In this document: positions 56,401 to 64,000 of the stretch, in pieces
Position numbering within the stretch: the stretch's first letter is position 1
How the letters are laid out: every line of letters starts with the position of its first letter
Source: Eledone cirrhosa
Lineage: Eukaryota
Assembly (NCBI GenBank): GCA_964016885.1
Contig: OZ024740.1
Span: 25,420,001 to 25,484,000 of the forward strand
Direction: 5' to 3'
DNA: 64,000 nucleotides
Notes under the pieces: generated by a model
Told to the model about the DNA's origin: nothing
What the model saw: the letters and a program-made list of their open reading frames with translations, nothing else
Database searches by the model: none
Translations under genes and position numbers: made by a program

Positions 56401-59400
56401 TGTAGTTGTAGTTACTTCTATTGTAGTTGTAGATACTTCTATTGTAGTTGTAGGTACTTCTATTGTAGTTGTAGTTACTTCTATTGTAGTTGTAGTTACT
56501 TCTATTGTAGTTGTAGTTACTTCTATTGTAGTTGTAGTTACTTTATTGTAGTTGGAGTTACTTGTATTGTAGTTGTAGTTACTTCTATTGTAGTTGTAGT
56601 TACTTCTATTGTAGTTGTAGTTATTTCTATTGTAGTTGTAGTTACTTTATTGTAGTTGTAGTTACTTCTCTTGTAGTTGTAGTTACTTCTATTGTAGTTG
56701 TAGTTACTTCTCTTTTAGTTGTAGATACTTCTGTTGTAGATACATCTATTGTAGTTGTAGGTACTTCTATTGTAGTTGTAGTTACTTCTATTGTAGTTGT
56801 AGTTACTTCTATTGTAGTTGTAGTTACTTCTATTGTAGCTGTAGTTACTTCTATTGTAGTTGTAGTTATTTCTATTGTAGTTGTAGTTACTTTATTGTAG
56901 TTGTAGTTACTTCTCTTGTAGTTGTAGTTACTTCTATTGTAGTTGTAGTTACTTCTCTTTTAGTTGTAGATACTTCTGTTGTAGATACATCTATTGTAGT
57001 TGTAGGTACTTCTATTGTAGTTGTAGTTACTTCTATTGTAGTTGTAGTTACTTATATTGTAGTTGTAGTTACTTCTATTGTAGCTGTAGTTACTTCTATT
57101 GTAGTTGTAGTTCTTTCTATTGTAGTTGTAGTTACTTTATTGTAGTTGTAGTTACTTCTCTTGTAGTTGTAGTTACTTCTGTTGTAGTTGTAGTTACTTC
57201 TCTTTTAGTTGTAGATACTTCTGTTCTAGATACATCTATTGTAGTTGTAGGTACTTCTATTGTAGTTGTAGTTACTTCTATTGTAGTTGTAGTTACTTTA
57301 TTGTAGTTGTAGTTACTTGTATTGTAGTTGTAGTTACTTCTATTGTAGTTGTAGTTACTACTATTGTAGTTGTAGTTACTTCTATTGTAGTTGTAGTTTG
57401 TTCTATTGTAGTTGTAGTTACTTCTATCGTAGGTGTAGTTACTTCTATTGTAGTTGTAGTTACTTCTATTGTAGTTGTAGATACTTCTATTGTAGTTGTA
57501 GTTACTTCTATTGTAGTTGTAGATACTTCTATTGTAGTTGTAGATACTTCTATTGTAGATGTAGATACTTCTATTATAGTTGTAGTTACTTCTATTGTAG
57601 TTGTAGATACTTCTATTGCAATTGTAGTTACTTCTATTGTAGTTGTAGTTACTTCTATTGTAGTTGTAGATACTTCTATTGTAGTTCTAGTTACTTTATT
57701 GTAGTTGTAGTTACTTCTATTGTAGTTGTAGATACTTCTATTGTAGTTGTAGTTACTTCTATTGTAGTTGTAGTTACTTCTATTGTAGTTGTAGTTACTT
57801 TATTGTAGTTGTAGTTACTTCTATTGTAGTTGTAGATACTTCTATTGTAGATGTAGATACTTCTATTGTAGTTGTAGTTACTTCTATTGTAGTTGTAGTT
57901 ACTTCTATTGTAGTTGTAGTTACTTCTATTGTAGTTGTAGTTACTTCTATTGTAGTTGTAGTTACTTCTATTGTAGTTGTAGTTACTTCTATTGTAGTTG
58001 TAGTTACTTTATTGTAGTTGTAGTTACTTCTATTGTAGTTGTAGATACTTCTATTGTAGTTGTAGGTACTTCTATTGTAGTTGTAGTTACTTCTATTGTA
58101 GTTGTAGTTACTTCTATTGTAGTTGTAGTTACTTCTATTGTAGTTGTAGTTACTTTATTGTAGTTGGAGTTACTTGTATTGTAGTTGTAGTTACTTCTAT
58201 TGTAGTTGTAGTTACTTCTATTGTAGTTGTAGTTATTTCTATTGTAGTTGTAGTTACTTTATTGTAGTTGTAGTTACTTCTCTTGTAGTTGTAGTTACCT
58301 CTATTGTAGTTGTAGTTACTTCTCTTTTAGTTGTAGATACTTCTGTTGTAGATACATCTATTGTAGTTGTAGGTACTTCTATTGTAGTTGTAGTTACTTT
58401 ATTGTAGTTGTAGTTACTTCTATTGTAGTTGTAGTTACTTCTATTGTAGTTGTAGATACTTCTATTGTAGTTCTAGTTACTTTATTGTAGTTGTAGTTAC
58501 TTCTATTGTAGTTGTAGATACTTCTATTGTAGTTGTAGTTACTTCTATTGTAGTTGTAGTTACTTCTATTGTAGTTGTAGTTACTTTATTGTAGTTGTAG
58601 TTACTTCTATTGTAGTTGTAGTTACTTCTATTGTAGTTGTAGATACTTCTATTGTAGTTCTAGTTACTTTATTGTAGTTGTAGTTACTTCTATTGTAGTT
58701 GTAGATACTTCTATTGTAGTTGTAGTTACTTCTATTGTAGTTGTAGTTACTTCTATTGTAGTTGTAGTTACTTTATTGTAGTTGTAGTTACTTCTATTGT
58801 AGTTGTAGATACTTCTATTGTAGATGTAGATACTTCTATTGTAGTTGTAGTTACTTCTATTGTAGTTGTAGTTACTTCTATTGTAGTTGTAGTTACTTCT
58901 ATTGTAGTTGTAGTTACTTCTATTGTAGTTGTAGTTACTTCTATTGTAGTTGTAGTTACTTCTATTGTAGTTGTAGTTACTTCTATTGTAGTTGTAGTTA
59001 CTTTATTGTAGTTGTAGTTACTTCTATTGTAGTTGTAGATACTTCTATTGTAGTTGTAGGTACTTCTATTGTAGTTGTAGTTACTTCTATTGTAGTTGTA
59101 GTTACTTCTATTGTAGTTGTAGTTACTTCTATTGTAGTTGTAGTTACTTTATTGTAGTTGGAGTTACTTGTATTGTAGTTGTAGTTACTTCTATTGTAGT
59201 TGTAGTTACTTCTATTGTAGTTGTAGTTATTTCTATTGTAGTTGTAGTTACTTTATTGTAGTTGTAGTTACTTCTCTTGTAGTTGTAGTTACCTCTATTG
59301 TAGTTGTAGTTACTTCTCTTTTAGTTGTAGATACTTCTGTTGTAGATACATCTATTGTAGTTGTAGGTACTTCTATTGTAGTTGTAGTTACTTCTATTGT

Positions 59401-62400
59401 AGTTGTAGTTACTTCTATTGTAGTTGTAGTTACTTCTATTGTAGCTGTAGTTACTTCTATTGTAGTTGTAGTTATTTCTATTGTAGTTGTAGTTACTTTA
59501 TTGTAGTTGTAGTTACTTCTCTTGTAGTTGTAGTTACTTCTATTGTAGTTGTAGTTACTTCTCTTTTAGTTGTAGATACTTCTGTTGTAGATACATCTAT
59601 TGTAGTTGTAGGTACTTCTATTGTAGTTGTAGTTACTTCTATTGTAGTTGTAGTTACTTATATTGTAGTTGTAGTTACTTCTATTGTAGCTGTAGTTACT
59701 TCTATTGTAGTTGTAGTTCTTTCTATTGTAGTTGTAGTTACTTTATTGTAGTTGTAGTTACTTCTCTTGTAGTTGTAGTTACTTCTGTTGTAGTTGTAGT
59801 TACTTCTCTTTTAGTTGTAGATACTTCTGTTCTAGATACATCTATTGTAGTTGTAGGTACTTCTATTGTAGTTGTAGTTACTTCTATTGTAGTTGTAGTT
59901 ACTTTATTGTAGTTGTAGTTACTTGTATTGTAGTTGTAGTTACTTCTATTGTAGTTGTAGTTACTACTATTGTAGTTGTAGTTACTTCTATTGTAGTTGT
60001 AGTTTGTTCTATTGTAGTTGTAGTTACTTCTATCGTAGGTGTAGTTACTTCTATTGTAGTTGTAGTTACTTCTATTGTAGTTGTAGATACTTCTATTGTA
60101 GTTGTAGTTACTTCTATTGTAGTTGTAGATACTTCTATTGTAGTTGTAGATACTTCTATTGTAGATGTAGATACTTCTATTATAGTTGTAGTTACTTCTA
60201 TTGTAGTTGTAGATACTTCTATTGCAATTGTAGTTACTTCTATTGTAGTTGTAGTTACTTCTATTGTAGTTGTAGTTACTTCTATTGTAGTTGTAGTTAC
60301 TTCTATTGTAGTTGTAGTTACTTTATTGTAGTTGTAGTTACTTCTATTGTAGTTGTAGATACTTCTATTGTAGTTGTAGGTACTTCTATTGTAGTTGTAG
60401 TTACTTCTATTGTAGTTGTAGTTACTTCTATTGTAGTTGTAGTTACTTCTATTGTAGTTGTAGTTACTTTATTGTAGTTGTAGTTACTTCTATTGTAGTT
60501 GTAGTTACTTCTATTGTAGTTGTAGTTACTTTATTGTAGTTGTAGTTACTTCTATTGTAGTTGTAGATACTTCTATTGTAGTTGTAGGTACTTCTATTGT
60601 AGTTGTAGTTACTTCTATTGTAGTTGTAGTTACTTCTATTGTAGTTGTAGTTACTTCTATTGTAGTTGTTGTTACTTCTATTGTAGTTGTAGTTATTTCT
60701 ATTGTAGTTGTAGTTACTTCTATTGTAGTTGTAGTTACTTCTATTGTATTTGTAGTTACTTCTATTGTAGTTGTAGTGACTTCTATTGTAGTTGTAGTTA
60801 CTTCTATTGTAGCTGTAGTTACTTCTATTGTAGTTGTAGTTATTTCTATTGTAGTTGTAGTTACTTCTATTGTAGTTGTAGTTATTTCTATTGTAGTTGT
60901 AGTTACTTTATTGTAGTTGTAGTTACTTCTCTTGTAGTTGTAGTTACTTCTATTGTAGTTGTAGTTACTTCTCTTTTAGTTGTAGATACTTCTGTTGTAG
61001 ATACATCTATTGTAGTTGTAGGTACTTCTATTGTAGTTGTAGTTACTTCTATTGTAGTTGTAGTTACTTTATTGTAGTTGTAGTTACTTGTATTGTAGTT
61101 GTAGTTACTTCTATTGTAGTTGTAGTTACTACTATTGTAGTTGTAGTTACTTCTATTGTAGTTGTAGTTACTTCTATTGTAGTTGTAGTTACTTCTATTG
61201 TAGTTGTAGTTACTTCTATTGTAGTTGTAGTTTGTTCTATTGTAGTTGTAGTTACTTCTATCGTAGGTGTAGTTACTTCTATTGTAGTTGTAGTTACTTG
61301 TATTGTAGTTGTAGATACTTCTATTGTAGTTGTAGTTACTTCTATTGTAGTTGTAGATACTCCCATTGTAGTTGTAGTTACTTCTATTGTAGTTGTAGAT
61401 ACTTCTATTGTAGTTGTAGTTATTTCTATTGTAGTTGTAGTTACTTCTCTTGTAGTTGTAGTTACTTCTATTGTAGTTGTAGTTACTTCTATTGTAGTTG
61501 TAGTTACTTCTATTGTAGTTGTAGTTACTTCTATTGTAGTTATAATTACTTCTATTGTAGTTGTAGTTACTTCTATTGTAGTTGTAGATACTCCTATTGT
61601 AGTTGTAGATACTTCTATTGTTGTTGTAGTTACTTCTATTGTAGTTGTAGTTACTTCTATTGTAGTTGTAGTTATTTCTATTGTAGTTGTAGTTACTTCT
61701 ATTGTAGTTGTAGTTATTTCTATTGTAGTTGTAGATACTCCTATTGTAGTTGTATATACTTCTATTGTAGATGTAGATACTTCTATTGTAGTTGTAGAAG
61801 CTTCTATTGTAGATGTTGTTACTCCTATTGTAGTTGTAGTTACTTCTATTGTAGTTGTAGTTACTTCTATTGTAGTTGTAGTTACTTCTATTGTAGTTGT
61901 AGTTACTTCTATTGTAGTTGTAGATACTCCCATTGTAGTTGTAGTTACTTCTATTGTAGTTGTAGATACTTCTATTGTAGTTGTAGTTATTTCTATTGTA
62001 GTTGTAGTTACTTCTCTTGTAGTTGTAGTTACTTCTATTGTAGTTGTAGTTACTTCTATTGTAGTTGTAGTTACTTCTATTGTAGTTGTAGTTACTTCTA
62101 TTGTAGTTGTAGTTATTTCTATTGTAGTTGTAGTTACTTCTATTGTAGTTGTAGTTACTTCTATTGAATTTGTAGTTACTTCTATTGTAGTTGTAGTTAC
62201 TTCTATTGTAGTTGTAGTTATTTCTATTGTAGTTGTAGTTACTTCTATTGTAGTTGTAGTTACTTCTATTGTAGTTGTAGTTACTTCTATTGTAGTTGTA
62301 GTTATTTCTATTGTAGTTGTAGTTACTTCTATTGTAGTTGTAATTATTTCTATTGTAGTTGTAGTTACTTCTCTTGTAGTTGTAGTTAGTTCTATTGTAG

Positions 62401-64000
62401 TTGTAGTTACTTCTATTGTAGTTGTAGTTACTTCTATTGTAGTTGTTGTTACTTCTATTGTAGCTGTAGTTACTTCTATTGTAGTTGTAGTTATTTCTAT
62501 TGTAGTTGTAGTTACTTTATTGTAGTTGTAGTTACTTCTCTTGTAGTTGTAGTTACTTCTATTGTAGTTGTAGTTACTTCTCTTTTAGTTGTAGATACTT
62601 CTGTTGTAGATACATCTATTGTAGTTGTAGGTACTTCTATTGTAGTTGTAGTTACTTCTATTGTAGTTGTAGTTACTTTATTGTAGTTGTAGTTACTTGT
62701 ATTGTAGTTGTAGTTACTTCTATTGTAGTTGTAGTTACTACTATTGTAGTTGTAGTTACTTCTATTGTAGTTGTAGTTTGTTCTATTGTAGTTGTAGTTA
62801 CTTCTATCGTAGGTGTAGTTACTTCTATTGTAGTTGTAGATACTTCTATTGTAGTTGTAGTTACTTCTATTGTAGTTGTAGATACTTCTATTGTAGTTGT
62901 AGATACTTCTATTGTAGATGTAGATACTTCTATTATAGTTGTAGTTACTTCTATTGTAGTTGTAGATACTTCTATTGCAATTGTAGTTACTTCTATTGTA
63001 GTTGTAGTTACTTCTATTGTAGTTGTAGTTACTTCTATTGTAGTTGTAGTTACTTCTATTGTAGTTGTAGTTACTTTATTGTAGTTGTAGTTACTTCTAT
63101 TGTAGTTGTAGATACTTCTATTGTAGTTGTAGGTACTTCTATTGTAGTTGTCGTTACTTCTATTGTAGTTGTAGTTACTTCTATTGTAGTTGTAGTTACT
63201 TCTATTGTAGTTGTAGTTACTTTATTGTAGTTGTAGTTACTTGTATTGTAGTTGTAGTTACTTCTATTGTAGTTGTAGTTACTTCTATTGTAGTTGTAGT
63301 TACTTCTATTGTAGTTGTAGTTACATCTATTGTAGTTGTTGTTACTTCTATTGTAGTTGTAGTTATTTCTATTGTAGTTGTAGTTACTTCTATTGTAGTT
63401 GTAGTTACTTCTATTGTATTTGTAGTTACTTCTATTGTAGTTGTAGTGACTTCTATTGTAGTTGTAGTTACTTCTATTGTAGCTGTAGTTACTTCTATTG
63501 TAGTTGTAGTTATTTCTATTGTAGTTGTAGTTACTTTATTGTAGTTGTAGTTACTTCTCTTGTAGTTGTAGTTACTTCTATTGTAGTTGTAATTACTTCT
63601 CTTTTAGTTGTAGATACTTCTGTTGTAGATACATCTATTGTAGTTGTAGGTACTTCTATTGTAGTTGTAGTTACTTCTATTGTAGTTGTAGTTACTTCTA
63701 TTGTAGTTGTAGTTACTTCTATTGTAGCTGTAGTTACTTCTATTGTAGTTGTAGTTATTTCTATTGTAGTTGTAGTTACTTTATTGTAGTTGTAGTTACT
63801 TCTCTTGTAGTTGTAGTTACTTCTATTGTAGTTGTAGTTACTTCTCTTTTAGTTGTAGATACTTCTGTTGTAGATACATCTATTGTAGTTGTAGGTACTT
63901 CTATTGTAGTTGTAGTTACTTCTATTGTAGTTGTAGTTACTTTATTGTAGTTGTAGTTACTTGTATTGTAGTTGTAGTTACTTCTATTGTAGTTGTAGTT
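53470..64000. repeat. 21-bp minisatellite, consensus TTGTAGTTGTAGTTACTTCTA, about 500 units, open at the window end
   Basis: 21-nt period; 7-aa periodic ORFs (IVVVVTS, YCSCSYF, TTTTIEV). Confidence 0.98.

Noticed and set aside
61064-62167. Mucin-like (TTTTIEV)n or Cys-rich ORFs
   Set aside because: Indel-free stretch of the 21-bp satellite; neighbouring units break frame with 20-bp variants.
53470-64000. Telomeric or subtelomeric repeat
   Set aside because: No TTAGGG-type units; chromosomal position cannot be inferred from the window.

Overview
Repeat-dominated, AT-rich eukaryotic DNA with no confidently identifiable host gene. The tRNA-derived SINE resembles, from recall, octopus SINEs, so the source is probably a cephalopod (inference). 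About 40% of the window is three minisatellites: 15 bp (1-10990), 45 bp (21404-25488, derived from a SINE head) and 21 bp (53470-64000). The interval 11-49 kb is a (TA)n/(CA)n/(TATG)n field carrying short insertions. The main signal is a dense set of type I hammerhead ribozyme (HHR) motifs from several unrelated families, read by eye and not confirmed by a covariance-model search. Two of them sit in apparently non-coding monomer-plus-partial-repeat elements with 484-nt and 692-nt periods that look like retrozymes. Others lie downstream of Penelope-like GIY-YIG fragments or in fold-back palindromes that end at TA microhomology. Decayed CR1-group, RTE-like and CRE-like LINE fragments are also present. 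Almost all ORFs in the supplied track are repeat artefacts. Coordinates were counted by hand and may be off by a few bases.
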